64,000 bases of DNA from Granulicella sp. (GTDB taxonomy: Bacteria > Acidobacteriota > Terriglobia > Terriglobales > Acidobacteriaceae): NCBI GenBank assembly GCA_027339965.1, contig DAHWNL010000016.1:32001-96000 (forward strand), written 5' to 3'. Positions 39,029 to 48,881 of this stretch are shown piece by piece. The notes under the pieces were generated by a model that ran no database searches, had not been told where the DNA came from, and was given only the letters and a program-made list of their open reading frames with translations. The first letter of the stretch is position 1; every line of letters begins with the position of its first letter. The translations under genes and the position numbers were made by a program.

Positions 39029-39152
39029 CCCTTCACCTCCATCCTGATGAACACTCCGCTATACCCCTTGGCGCTTCCGGGTTCCGAGCCTCTAGTCCCG
39101 CGGGCCTGCAGGTTTCAGCGCCAACCGATGGCTCCATGAGCCGGCCTGAAGA

Positions 39153-39183
39153 ATGAGGAGGAGCCAGAAGAAACCCTCCTCAT
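39153..39183 (-). terminator. Stem-loop downstream of dnaK
   Basis: ATGAGGAGG-N13-CCTCCTCAT; weak U tract. Confidence 0.4.
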
Positions 39184-39214
39184 CCTTTGCATCAGGCATT
39201 GACACCGTGGCTGC

Positions 39215-41122
39215 TTACTTCTCCGCATCGACATACTCCGCGTCGATCACGCCTTCGTCCTTCTTGGCCTCTTGCGCGGCCCCCGCCGGGGCTGCTCCCC
39301 CATCACCCGGCGCGGCGGCATTGGCCTTGTAGACCGCCTCGGCCAGCTTGTGGCTCGCCGCGGTCAACTTCTCCTTTGCGGCATTCAACTCGGCAGCGCC
39401 GGCGTCTCCGCCAAGTACGCCCTTGGCCTCCGCCAGGGCCGACTCCACCTCTCCCTTGTCCGCGGCCGCAACCTTCTCTCCGCTTTCCTTCAGCATCTTT
39501 TCGATGTTGTAGACCAGGGAGTCAAGCTGATTCCGCGCCTCAATCTTCTCCTTGACCTCCCGATCCTCGGCCGCATGCGCCTCGGCTTCCTTCGCCATCC
39601 GCTCCACCTCTTCCTTGCTCAGACCAGAAGAGCTGGTTATGGTGATCTTGGCGTCCTTACCCGTGGCGTTGTCCTTGGCATGCACGTTCAAAATGCCGTT
39701 GGCGTCGATGTCAAAGGTCACCTCAATCTGCGGCACGCCGCGCGGAGCCGGCATGATGCCGCCCAGCTTGAACTTGCCCAGCGTCCGGTTCTGCGCCGCC
39801 ATCGGCCGCTCGCCCTGCATCACGTGCACTTCAACCTCGGTCTGGTTATCGGCTGCGGTGGAGAAGACCTCGGTCTTCTTGGTCGGAATCGTCGTATTGC
39901 GCGCAATCATGCTGGTCGCCACCCCGCCCAGGGTCTCAATCGACAGGGTCAGCGGCGTCACATCCAGCAGCAGCAGATCTTTCACGTCGCCGGCCAGCAC
40001 ACCCGCCTGCACCGCGGCGCCAACCGCCACCACTTCGTCCGGATTCACTCCCTTGTGCGGCTCCTTGCCAAACAGCTTCTTTACCAGCTCCTGGATCGCC
40101 GGCATGCGCGTCTGGCCGCCCACCAACACCACCTCCTGGATCTTGCCCGCGTCCACGCCGGCATCCTTCATCGCCTGCTTGCACGGACCCACCGACTTCT
40201 CCAGAAGATCGGCCACAAGTTGCTCCAACTTGGCGCGGCTCAGGGTGCGCACCAGGTGCTTGGGTCCGCTGGCGTCCGCCGTCACAAACGGCAGATTGAT
40301 CTCCGTCTCCTGCGCCGTGGACAGCTCAATCTTGGCTCTCTCCGCGGCATCCTTCAGGCGCTGTAGCGCCATCTCGTTGCCCTTGGCCGTCAGATCCAGG
40401 CCAGTCTCGGTCTTGAACTCCGCAATCAGCCAGTCCACAATCCGCTGATCCAGATTGTCGCCGCCAAGATGGGTGTCGCCGTTGGTCGACTTCACCTCGA
40501 TCACCCCGTCGCCCACCTCCAAAATCGAGATGTCAAAGGTGCCCCCGCCAAAGTCGTAGACAGCGATGGTCTCGTCCTTCTTCTTGTCCAACCCGTAGGC
40601 CAGCGCCGCCGCCGTGGGTTCATTCACGATGCGCTTCACATCCAGACCGGCGATCTTGCCCGCATCCTTGGTTGCCTGCCGCTGCGCATCGTTGAAGTAC
40701 GCCGGAACCGTGATCACCGCTTCCGTCACCGGCTGTCCCAGGTAGTCCTCGGCCGCCTTCTTCAGCTTTTGCAGGATCATCGCCGAGACCTCAGGAGCCG
40801 TGTACTCCTTGCCCTGCGCCACCACCGCCACGTTGTCGCCCTTGGGCACCACCCTGTAGGGCACCATCTTCATCTCATCGCTCACCTCGCCCAGCCGGCG
40901 GCCCATGAAGCGCTTGATCGAATAGATGGTGTTCTCCGGATTGGTGATCGCCTGGCGCTTGGCGACCATACCCACCAGCCGCTCTCCATTCTTAGTAAAC
41001 GCAACAATGGACGGCGTCGTCCGCCCACCCTCTTCGTTGGGAATCACCTTGGGCTCTCCACCCTCCATCACCGCCACGCAGCTGTTCGTGGTTCCCAGAT
41101 CAATTCCAATAATCTTTCCCAT
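39215..41122 (-). CDS. dnaK: Chaperone DnaK
   Basis: [37 protein letters not shown]-terminal VIDAEY. Confidence 0.99.
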   Translation of the reverse strand: MGKIIGIDLGTTNSCVAVMEGGEPKVIPNEEGGRTTPSIVAFTKNGERLVGMVAKRQAITNPENTIYSIKRFMGRRLGEVSDEMKMVPYRVVPKGDNVAVVAQGKEYTAPEVSAMILQKLKKAAEDYLGQPVTEAVITVPAYFNDAQRQATKDAGKIAGLDVKRIVNEPTAAALAYGLDKKKDETIAVYDFGGGTFDISILEVGDGVIEVKSTNGDTHLGGDNLDQRIVDWLIAEFKTETGLDLTAKGNEMALQRLKDAAERAKIELSTAQETEINLPFVTADASGPKHLVRTLSRAKLEQLVADLLEKSVGPCKQAMKDAGVDAGKIQEVVLVGGQTRMPAIQELVKKLFGKEPHKGVNPDEVVAVGAAVQAGVLAGDVKDLLLLDVTPLTLSIETLGGVATSMIARNTTIPTKKTEVFSTAADNQTEVEVHVMQGERPMAAQNRTLGKFKLGGIMPAPRGVPQIEVTFDIDANGILNVHAKDNATGKDAKITITSSSGLSKEEVERMAKEAEAHAAEDREVKEKIEARNQLDSLVYNIEKMLKESGEKVAAADKGEVESALAEAKGVLGGDAGAAELNAAKEKLTAASHKLAEAVYKANAAAPGDGGAAPAGAAQEAKKDEGVIDAEYVDAEK

Positions 41123-41167
41123 ATCCCTGTCCATCCTTGAAGGCGGTCCGCCCAAATCTCGACTAAC

Positions 41168-41204
41168 TCACTCTAGCTTCCCATCTGAGTGACTTATTGT
41201 CAAA
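41168..41204 (-). promoter_or_regulatory. dnaK promoter (TTGACA) overlapped by HAIR-like/inverted-repeat operator
   Basis: Minus strand TTTGACA-N7-ACTCAGA (HAIR consensus CTTGAGT-N7-ACTCAAG); also TCACTC-N13-GAGTGA. Confidence 0.45.
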
Positions 41205-41342
41205 TTTTATGATGAGAAATCTCCCTCCGAAGTTGCAAAAACTCCGGCCAGAGCCCCCACCACTTCCAAATCCTTCCCCGCGCGCTGCAACTCTGTACCC
41301 ATCCGGACGGAAGCAGGCATGGACCGTCCCGAACCGTGGTAC

Positions 41343-42623
41343 TCAATCTCCTGGCTTGCGCCCCAACGTCAAAAAGTATCCCAGCAGCAGCAGCGACGCC
41401 AGAGCACCCATCACCGCCTCGGTTCCGGGCAATCCCCTGACGCCAAATCGGCTCCCGCCCCACCCGTCCAGCGCGAGCATGTACACCACCGGCACGTTTC
41501 CCATCGAGTTGATAATGGCATAACGGCTGCTCCCACTCTTGCCGGAGCTGCCGAGAAACTCCAGCACCACGGCAGTAAACATCGCATAGCCCATGCCGAC
41601 CGTCAGCAGATAAAGCGCAACCCCAACATAATAAGTATCTTGCCGCAATGGACCCAGAGAAAGCACCGCCAGCGTCGCGGCGTTTGCCAGGGCTACTGTC
41701 AGATAGGCCACTGAGGCTCGAATCCGCGCCGGGATCAACGTTGCCGCCAGCGACCCGGCAGCCATCAACAACGCTCCGCCCAGCCCATTCATCCACGCCA
41801 CCTGTTGTCCGCCCACGCCATACCTCCGTGCGACACCCGTCAGCAGCCCAACCGCCGCCCCGGTGGCCAGCGGAGAGAGCATCAACACGGTGTACGGCAG
41901 GGCGCGCCAGTTGAAAAAGGTTCCGTGAAACTCCTCCCAGATCCGGCGCAGCGTGCGCCCGATGCCGTGCTCAACTAACAGTTCCTGCCGAGGCGCCGCC
42001 AGGGCAAAGAACGCCGGCGCCACAATCAGGAGCCCGGCGACCCAAGGGATCCTTGCCTCTTCTCCACGCTCCCGGAGCATCAGCAGCACCAGCACCGATG
42101 CCGCGCCAAACCCCAGTCCTCCGCCCTGGTAAAACCCTCCAGCCACGCGTTTGGCACGCTCGTTCCGCAACGCTCCCAACATTCCGCCACAACTGGAGAC
42201 CACCAACTGCGCCGCACAGGCGCTGAAGAACATCAACGCCACTGAGATGCGGCCATCCAGCCGCCGCTGTTGCAACGCCAGCACCATCCCCAATGCGGCC
42301 GCAACGGAACTGATCAGAAGCCAGGTTCTGCGCCGCACCAGAAAATCGGTGATCGGGCTCCACAAAAAATAGATCGTCGTCGGCAGGGCGAGCAAAGAGA
42401 TGATCTGCGACGCGCGCAGCTCCGGAACTCCCTGGCGGCTCAACAGAAACGCCAGAGCTCCGCCTTGGAGTACCCCGTTGGCAACCACCGCGACCGGGGC
42501 CACCAGCAGCCCGAACAACCACGGTCGCTCCCGCGGCCAAACCGCATCTGCCGCCGCCGTTCCGGACTGCTCCAGCGCGCGCGCCGCAACCCCATCTTCT
42601 GCCGGATCTTCCATCTCCCGCAT
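41343..42623 (-). CDS. MFS transporter (AmpG-like)
   Basis: About 12 TM segments; LPTTIYFLWSPITD..RRR.W motif. Confidence 0.8.
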   Translation of the reverse strand: MREMEDPAEDGVAARALEQSGTAAADAVWPRERPWLFGLLVAPVAVVANGVLQGGALAFLLSRQGVPELRASQIISLLALPTTIYFLWSPITDFLVRRRTWLLISSVAAALGMVLALQQRRLDGRISVALMFFSACAAQLVVSSCGGMLGALRNERAKRVAGGFYQGGGLGFGAASVLVLLMLRERGEEARIPWVAGLLIVAPAFFALAAPRQELLVEHGIGRTLRRIWEEFHGTFFNWRALPYTVLMLSPLATGAAVGLLTGVARRYGVGGQQVAWMNGLGGALLMAAGSLAATLIPARIRASVAYLTVALANAATLAVLSLGPLRQDTYYVGVALYLLTVGMGYAMFTAVVLEFLGSSGKSGSSRYAIINSMGNVPVVYMLALDGWGGSRFGVRGLPGTEAVMGALASLLLLGYFLTLGRKPGD

Positions 42624-42679
42624 CGCTGAGATGCTACCATCTCCTCCCGGTCTTCTCTTTCCATCTTCTCTTCTCGTCA

Positions 42680-42708
42680 TTGACGCACGCCTCGGAAGTT
42701 ACTAGGCT
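42680..42708 (+). promoter_or_regulatory. Sigma70-type promoter, probably leaderless
   Basis: TTGACG-17 nt-TAGGCT, ATG 7 nt downstream (42716), no Shine-Dalgarno. Confidence 0.6.
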
Positions 42709-42715
42709 GTGCCCA

Positions 42716-44038
42716 ATGGCTTCGGACAAGATGATCCCCGCATCGGCCCCGGGTGACGCTCCGGGAGGTTCCAGCACCGCATCTCGCCAGGTCTCCTCAA
42801 CCCACCCCCAGCCCCCCGGCTCCGGCCCATCGGCTCCCAGGGCACGGCGCGACGCCGCTCTGGATGGACTTCGCGGGCTGGCCGTATTGATGGTCTTCCT
42901 CTTCCACTACGGAGGCGGCTTGCAATCCTCCCGGCCCGCAGTCCATCTCTTCGGACTGTTCACCCAGGCAGGCTGGCTGGGGGTGGTTCTCTTCTTCGCG
43001 CTCTCCGGCTTTCTCATCACCGGCAGCCTGTGGGATACCGTCGCCCAGGGGCACCACCTGCGCAACTTTTACGCTCGCCGCGCCCTGCGCATTCTGCCCA
43101 TCTACAGCCTTGCCCTGCTGGCCGCCGCCGGCGCCGCTCTGCTCCGTGGCGCCACCCTGGCTCAACTCAAGCCGTTTGCCATCTTTGCCTTCTTTCTTCA
43201 GAATCTTCCTCATCTGGCCGCCGCCGCCATACAAAACCCCTCCCCTCTGCCCCTCTATCACTTTTGGACCCTGGCCGTGGAGGAGCAGTTCTATCTCCTC
43301 TGGCCACTTATCCTGCTCTTCGCCCACAGCCGCCGCCATGCTCTTCGCCTCAGCCTCTGGTTCTTCGCCATCACCCTGTTCTTTCTGCTCTCCATCTACG
43401 CCATGCCGGCCTTTGCCGGAGTCCGCGCCCATCACCTCTTCGACTACTTCCTGCTCACCCAGAGCGGCGCCATCGCCCTGGGCTGCGCGGCCTCTCTGGC
43501 CATGGGTAGCCGCTACAGTCCCAGCGGTCGCAAGCCCGGAACTCACCGGCTGATCCGGAAGTACGCCCTGCCCGGGTTCTTCACTGGATCCGCCATCTAT
43601 CTCTACACCAGCTACCTCTCCGGAAGTCTCTACCTCACCGATCCACTCCAGTTCTGGCTCGGACTACCCGCCATAAGCGTTGCGGCCGCAGCCTCCATCC
43701 CTCTGGTCCTTCGCCCCGGGCTTCTGCGCCGGATCTTTTCCAATCCGCTGCTTGGATGGATGGGCCGCATCAGTTACGGCTTCTACGTCTACCACATCCT
43801 GCTTCAGCCGCTGTTTGACAATCTGGGCGCCCATTACAGCCACCAGACCACCGGGAACGACTATCACATCGTCCGCGCCCTGTTCGCCCTTTTGATCACC
43901 TGCATCGTCTCCTGGCTCTCTTTCACCTTCTTTGAGCAACCCATCCTCTCCCTCAAGAGATACTTCCCCCTGTCTCCCGCTTTGCCTTGGGGAGAGCCCC
44001 TTCCGGAGACCCACCGCTCGCACCGTCATCCAATCTGA
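42716..44038 (+). CDS. Acyltransferase family 3 (OafA-like O-acyltransferase)
   Basis: LDGLRGLAVLMVFLFH, GVVLFFALSGFLIT, FYARRALRILP, HFWTLAVEEQFYLLWP, GRISYGFYVYH, FEQP. Confidence 0.93.
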   Translation: MASDKMIPASAPGDAPGGSSTASRQVSSTHPQPPGSGPSAPRARRDAALDGLRGLAVLMVFLFHYGGGLQSSRPAVHLFGLFTQAGWLGVVLFFALSGFLITGSLWDTVAQGHHLRNFYARRALRILPIYSLALLAAAGAALLRGATLAQLKPFAIFAFFLQNLPHLAAAAIQNPSPLPLYHFWTLAVEEQFYLLWPLILLFAHSRRHALRLSLWFFAITLFFLLSIYAMPAFAGVRAHHLFDYFLLTQSGAIALGCAASLAMGSRYSPSGRKPGTHRLIRKYALPGFFTGSAIYLYTSYLSGSLYLTDPLQFWLGLPAISVAAAASIPLVLRPGLLRRIFSNPLLGWMGRISYGFYVYHILLQPLFDNLGAHYSHQTTGNDYHIVRALFALLITCIVSWLSFTFFEQPILSLKRYFPLSPALPWGEPLPETHRSHRHPI

Positions 44039-44197
44039 ATACGGTACGAAGATTAAACTGGTGCCTTCGCCTTCCCTGAAACATCCAATCGTTGAATAGC
44101 AAAGCTGGGTGAGAGCCGATCCGTCCTGCGTGAACCTGTCTTCACCTGCCAGACATGACCCGGAACCTTCTGCCAGAGAGTTGAGAATTCGTCCAAC

Positions 44198-45784
44198 ATG
44201 GCCACCGCTACCGCCCCCGGCCCCGACATCCAAAGTGAGGTTACGCATGGCTTCAATCCCTGGTGGATCGCGGCCGCCGTCATGCTGGCCACCTTCATGG
44301 AGGTACTGGACACATCGATCGCCTCGGTTGCTCTTCCCTATATCGCGGGCTCTCTTTCGGCCTCCACAGACGAGGCTACCTGGGTTCTTACCAGCTATCT
44401 GGTCTCCAATGCTATCTTCCTGCCAGCTTCCAACTGGCTCTCGCTCAAGTTCGGACGCAAGAACTTCCTGATGACCTGTGTGGCCATCTTCACTTTGTCC
44501 AGCTTCGCCTGCGGAGCAGCCCCCTCGCTGGCCCTTCTGCTGCTCTTCCGGGTCATCCAAGGTGCCGGCGGCGGGGCTTTACAGCCCATCTCTCAAGCTG
44601 TGCTGCTGGAGAGCTTCCCTCCCATCAAACGTGGGGCAGCCATGGCCGTCTTTGCCCTGGGCGTGGTGGTAGCTCCCGTTCTCGGCCCCACCCTCGGCGG
44701 CTGGCTCACCGACACCTACTCCTGGCGCTACGCCTTCTACATCAATATCCCCGTCGGCATCTTGGCCCTGTACATGATCAACCGGTACATCCATGATCCG
44801 TCCTACATCCGCAACGCCAAGGTCTCTCGCTTCGACAGCCTCGGCTTCGGATCCCTGGTGATCTGGGTCGGCTGTCTGCAGGTGATTCTGGATAAAGGCC
44901 AGGAGTCAGACTGGTTCGGCGCCATATGGATCCGCTGGGCCTTCGCCGTCATGGTCATCGCCCTGGTCATCTTCATCTATCAGTCGTTTTGGGGCAAGCA
45001 GCCCCTGGTGAATCTGCGCGTTCTCAAGGACCGCAACTTCCTGGTGGGCTTCAGCCTCATCTTCCTCTTTGGCATCGCCATCTACTCCACCATCGTCATC
45101 CTTCCCCTCTTCTATCAGGAATTGATCGGCTACACCGCCTACACCGCCGGCCTGGTGGTGGCTCCGCGCGGCCTGGGAGCCATCCTGGCCATGCCCGTGA
45201 TCGGCTATCTCTCCAACAAGGTGGACGCTCGCCGCCTGCTCACCTTCGGCTTTGTCACCTTTGGCCTCACCAGCTTGTACTTTGGCTCCATCACCCTGGG
45301 AATCTCACCCTGGACGCTTTTTCTCCCCATCCTGATCACCGGCTTCGGTCTCAGCTTCGTCTTCGTGCCCATCAACACCGCCGCCTATGGCAAACTCGCC
45401 AACGAGCAGATCGGCAATGCCAGCGGGCTCTTCAACCTGATGCGAAACGTCGGCGGCTCCATCGGCATCTCCATCGCCACCACGCTGCTGACTCGCCGGA
45501 CCGACGCCCACCAGAATGAGCTCACTAACTACATCCCGCAGTCGGGCGCAGCCTTCCAGCACTCCCTGCACGTCACCAAAGACTTCCTCAAAGCCTACTT
45601 CGGCTCCGCCAATGCAGAACACGCCGCACGCTTCACGCTCTATCAGCAACTCAACCAGCAGGCCTCCTACTGGGCCTTTATCGATGTCTTCCGCTGGACC
45701 TCCCTGCTCAGCTTCGCCTGCGTCATCGTGGTCTGGTTCTTCCAGCGCGTCAAACCAGGCCGAGGGCCATCCGGAGCCCACTAA
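44198..45784 (+). CDS. DHA2/EmrB-family MFS efflux permease
   Basis: FMEVLDTSIASVALP, WVLTSYL, FRVIQGAGGG, APVLGPTLGGWLTD..SWR..FYINIPVG. Confidence 0.95.
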   Translation: MATATAPGPDIQSEVTHGFNPWWIAAAVMLATFMEVLDTSIASVALPYIAGSLSASTDEATWVLTSYLVSNAIFLPASNWLSLKFGRKNFLMTCVAIFTLSSFACGAAPSLALLLLFRVIQGAGGGALQPISQAVLLESFPPIKRGAAMAVFALGVVVAPVLGPTLGGWLTDTYSWRYAFYINIPVGILALYMINRYIHDPSYIRNAKVSRFDSLGFGSLVIWVGCLQVILDKGQESDWFGAIWIRWAFAVMVIALVIFIYQSFWGKQPLVNLRVLKDRNFLVGFSLIFLFGIAIYSTIVILPLFYQELIGYTAYTAGLVVAPRGLGAILAMPVIGYLSNKVDARRLLTFGFVTFGLTSLYFGSITLGISPWTLFLPILITGFGLSFVFVPINTAAYGKLANEQIGNASGLFNLMRNVGGSIGISIATTLLTRRTDAHQNELTNYIPQSGAAFQHSLHVTKDFLKAYFGSANAEHAARFTLYQQLNQQASYWAFIDVFRWTSLLSFACVIVVWFFQRVKPGRGPSGAH

Positions 45785-45896
45785 AGCAGTTTCAGTGCAG
45801 GTGTATCCAACGCCTGGACGTCTATGGGCGTTTTCCCCAATGAAAACGCCACTGCAAGCCCTCTTTGGGACACCCATCAACACTGAAAATGCTATA
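45782..45896 (+). repeat. Copy 3 of the nested-palindromic MITE-like element
   Basis: TAAAGCAGTTTCAGTG...CACTGAAAATGCTATA; same 33-nt core. Confidence 0.93.
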
Positions 45897-46010
45897 GAGG
45901 CTTGCCGAAAGGGGCGTAGGCACAGCTACAAACGGGGCGGAAAATCCGGCACGCAGGAACCCACGCGGCGTCTTTGCGGAAGCTCTGTCCCTAACCCATT
46001 CCGAGACCCA

Positions 46011-47294
46011 TCAGTTGGTCAATCGTCCCTTATAGGCCCACAGCCCCAATGCCGGATTCGAGATGTAAAAGATCTCCTCGCCATCCAACACGTTCCAGCC
46101 GTCGGCCAGCTTGCCCGGATCGTACTTCGCCGTGTACTCCGCCAGATCTCCATAGGCAAAGTGCACCCCTTCGACCTCGGACCGGGTGAGGTGTCCCGGG
46201 CAGTAGCGAACCTTGAACCGGCCCTCGCTGGAGCCGTGGATCAGATGCGCCGCGGCGCTCAGGTTGGCCGCCAGCTCCGGATCACTCTTCACCGCCTCCA
46301 GCGTCGCCGGCGTCCCGCAGTACCCGTAGCGTCGAATCAGCCCATCGATGGTCTTGTCCTCACCGAACCGATCCAGGCCAGGGGCCAGCACGATCAACTC
46401 CGCATCATCTGCCAAGGCCATCCGCGTCCGGTACACGCTCTTGTTGCCCAGCCAAGTGGTATGAAACTCATGCGGATCCAGAAACACCACAGCCTTGTTG
46501 ATCTCTCGATCCATCATCAGGAAGTTGCACTGCAGACTCAAGGCTGCCGCCCGCTCAAAGCACTCCGCATCGTCCCCGATGAATAGACCTCGGATGACCA
46601 AATCGCCGGCATCGTTCTTGTTCACCACCGTCTGCACATAGACGATCTGCGGCATCTTCTCCCCAAAATGCTCACCGGCATAGTTCAGCACCCTCCGCAC
46701 CGGAGTGTCCGCCCTCCCCATCATGCGCTCCATGCCATACACCGCGCCTAGAAAGTGCGAGCGATGAATCCCCATGACCCCGCCCGTGCCGACAAAGATA
46801 TTCTTGTTTCCGTTGGCCATCCCCACCACCTCATGCGGCACCACCTGTCCAATCGACAGAATCAGATCGTGGCCGCCAGGCTTCTTCACCAGCAGCTTGT
46901 TCACCTGCGCCGGCCAGGAGTAGCTTAGCTTTCCTTCGCTCACCAGATGCACAAACTCCCCAGGCACCTCCCCCAGGGTCACGATGTCATTGCGCCAGTC
47001 ATGCACCCGAAACAGGCTGCGCGGGATCCTGCCAAACATCTTGCTGATCTGGGCATCGGTCATCGCCACATGGGTGCCCAGCGCCGGCAGCACATCCGTC
47101 ATGGCATCGCCGTAAAACTCCCAGGCCATCTCGGTCAGATCGCCGGCCTTGGAGTGAAAGCGGGTAAAATCCGGCGGCACCGCCAGCACCTTCTTCCGTT
47201 TGCCCAGCTTGCCCAATCCTTCCAACAGGCCGGCCCGAGCCTCCGCTGCGCTCATCTCCGTCTCTGCCGAACCTGCTGCAAAAAATAGACTCAT
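46011..47294 (-). CDS. LarA-superfamily (lactate racemase domain, DUF2088) protein
   Basis: PPDFTR, ALGTH, GQVVPHEVVG...K motifs typical of the LarA N-terminal domain. Confidence 0.8.
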   Translation of the reverse strand: MSLFFAAGSAETEMSAAEARAGLLEGLGKLGKRKKVLAVPPDFTRFHSKAGDLTEMAWEFYGDAMTDVLPALGTHVAMTDAQISKMFGRIPRSLFRVHDWRNDIVTLGEVPGEFVHLVSEGKLSYSWPAQVNKLLVKKPGGHDLILSIGQVVPHEVVGMANGNKNIFVGTGGVMGIHRSHFLGAVYGMERMMGRADTPVRRVLNYAGEHFGEKMPQIVYVQTVVNKNDAGDLVIRGLFIGDDAECFERAAALSLQCNFLMMDREINKAVVFLDPHEFHTTWLGNKSVYRTRMALADDAELIVLAPGLDRFGEDKTIDGLIRRYGYCGTPATLEAVKSDPELAANLSAAAHLIHGSSEGRFKVRYCPGHLTRSEVEGVHFAYGDLAEYTAKYDPGKLADGWNVLDGEEIFYISNPALGLWAYKGRLTN

Positions 47295-47491
47295 GCTTGC
47301 TCACCTTCGCCGCCAAGCATTGGGTGGCTTGTGGTCTGACCTTTCAGGCTTCCATTCTGTAAGCATACCCCTGCGGGCAACAACTGATAAAGTGAGAGCA
47401 GGTCAGCCGTCTCTTCCTGGAATAGCATCGCATTGACCGGCTGATCTTTGCACTTTGCCGCCCTGCAGGAGAACCTGAACGGAGCCGTTCT

Positions 47492-48268
47492 TTGTCTGAC
47501 CGCATTACGCCTCGCCGCCTCACCACCCCAGAGTTTCACGCTCGGGTCCACGCCTTGAATCCGGCGATCGCTGTCTTTGATTGCGATGGCACACTCTGGT
47601 CTCCAGACGCCGGTTCGGCCTTCATGCACTGGACGATTGACACCAAACTCATCTCCACCGAGCAGATCGCCTCCATCCAGGATTGCTATGAGCGTTACCG
47701 GCGCGGCGAGGTATCCGAATATGAAATCTGCGGCCAGATGGTCCAGGTCTATCGCGGCCTCCCGGAGAAGGCTCTACGCGAGGCGGCCGCGCACTTCTTC
47801 CGCGATTACATCGAGCCCTATATCTTCCCCGAACTCTCCACCCTCGTCGCCGAGCTGCAGCGCCGCCATTGTGACATCTGGGCCGTAAGCTCCACCAATC
47901 AGTGGGTCATCGAAGAGGGAGTTCGCCGCTTCGACATTCCCGCCTCCAACGTCCTGGCGGCTCGCGTGGAAGTCGAGCACGGCATCATCACGGACCGGCT
48001 GATCCATGTCCCCACCGACGAAGACAAGGTGGAGGCTCTGCGCCGCGTGGGCATCGTCGATGAGGGAAACCCTCCCAACGTCGCCTTCGGCAACTCCATC
48101 CACGACGCCGCCATGCTGTCCATTGCGTGCAGCGTGGCTGCCAACGGGGCAGACGGCGAGCCGGCAGGCCGCTGCGGGGCTTTTCCGGTGAATCCCTCAG
48201 TTGCGCTGCTGGAGCGCGCCACGGACGAAGGCTGGCCTGTTTACTATCCTGCACTGGTCAGACCCTGA
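47492..48268 (+). CDS. HAD-superfamily (IB-like) hydrolase
   Basis: FDCDGTLW motif I, WAVSST, K, FGNSIHDAAML; start codon uncertain. Confidence 0.85.
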   Translation: MSDRITPRRLTTPEFHARVHALNPAIAVFDCDGTLWSPDAGSAFMHWTIDTKLISTEQIASIQDCYERYRRGEVSEYEICGQMVQVYRGLPEKALREAAAHFFRDYIEPYIFPELSTLVAELQRRHCDIWAVSSTNQWVIEEGVRRFDIPASNVLAARVEVEHGIITDRLIHVPTDEDKVEALRRVGIVDEGNPPNVAFGNSIHDAAMLSIACSVAANGADGEPAGRCGAFPVNPSVALLERATDEGWPVYYPALVRP

Positions 48269-48324
48269 ACTTTTCGGCAGAGAAGATCGACGTCGGCCTC
48301 GCAGCCACTCCACTGGACGGACAC

Positions 48325-48801
48325 GTGAAGGAACCAACTCCCAGGCTGACCGAAGATCAACTCCGCCGGACGGGCAAGCCCGCTGATGCCAGGCCTTTGC
48401 GCCGCGTGGTCGCAGCCCTCATCCTGCGCGGAGAAGGTTCGGCGCGCGAGATCTTGATCTGCCAGCGCCGCGCCGGCCAGCCGATGGGCCTGAAATGGGA
48501 GTTTCCCGGGGGCAAGATTGAGCCCGGCGAAACCTCACGGCAGGCCCTCATCCGCGAACTTCATGAAGAACTCGGCATCGCCGCCACCCTTGGCGACTAC
48601 GTCTCCACGGTTCATCACAGCTATCGCAACGGCGGCGCCATCGAGATCGAGTTCTTCCTCGTCCAGACCTTCGCAGGCGAGCTCGTCAATCACATCTTTC
48701 AGCAGGTGCGCTGGGTTCCCCTCGCGACCCTTCCCGACTTCGACTTTCTTGCCGCAGACTTGACCCTGATCCGCGATATCGCCTGCGGAAAGCTCCTTTG
48801 A
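48325..48801 (+). CDS. MutT-like NUDIX hydrolase
   Basis: [28 protein letters not shown]udix box; start uncertain. Confidence 0.9.
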   Translation: MKEPTPRLTEDQLRRTGKPADARPLRRVVAALILRGEGSAREILICQRRAGQPMGLKWEFPGGKIEPGETSRQALIRELHEELGIAATLGDYVSTVHHSYRNGGAIEIEFFLVQTFAGELVNHIFQQVRWVPLATLPDFDFLAADLTLIRDIACGKLL

Positions 48802-48881
48802 GCAAAGCCCCTCTTCCCATTCCCTCCAGCTATCTTCGAAGAGCCCGGACGGCAAGCTCCGAACTGATAAAATCAGGGTGT

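Noticed and set aside
37287..41140. Long + strand ORFs antisense to dnaJ/dnaK (and similar ones opposite pgi, hldE, copA and the sulfatases)
   Set aside because: Typical shadow ORFs caused by high-GC codon bias; no motifs or start signals.
14729..45896. The three repeats as a CRISPR array or autonomous IS
   Set aside because: Copies are dispersed 12-19 kb apart with no spacer periodicity, no cas genes and no internal transposase.
46011..48268. LarA-domain plus HAD pair as part of one pathway with the reductase/ligase cluster
   Set aside because: The genes are divergent and 10 kb from that cluster with unrelated genes between; no sequence support for a link.
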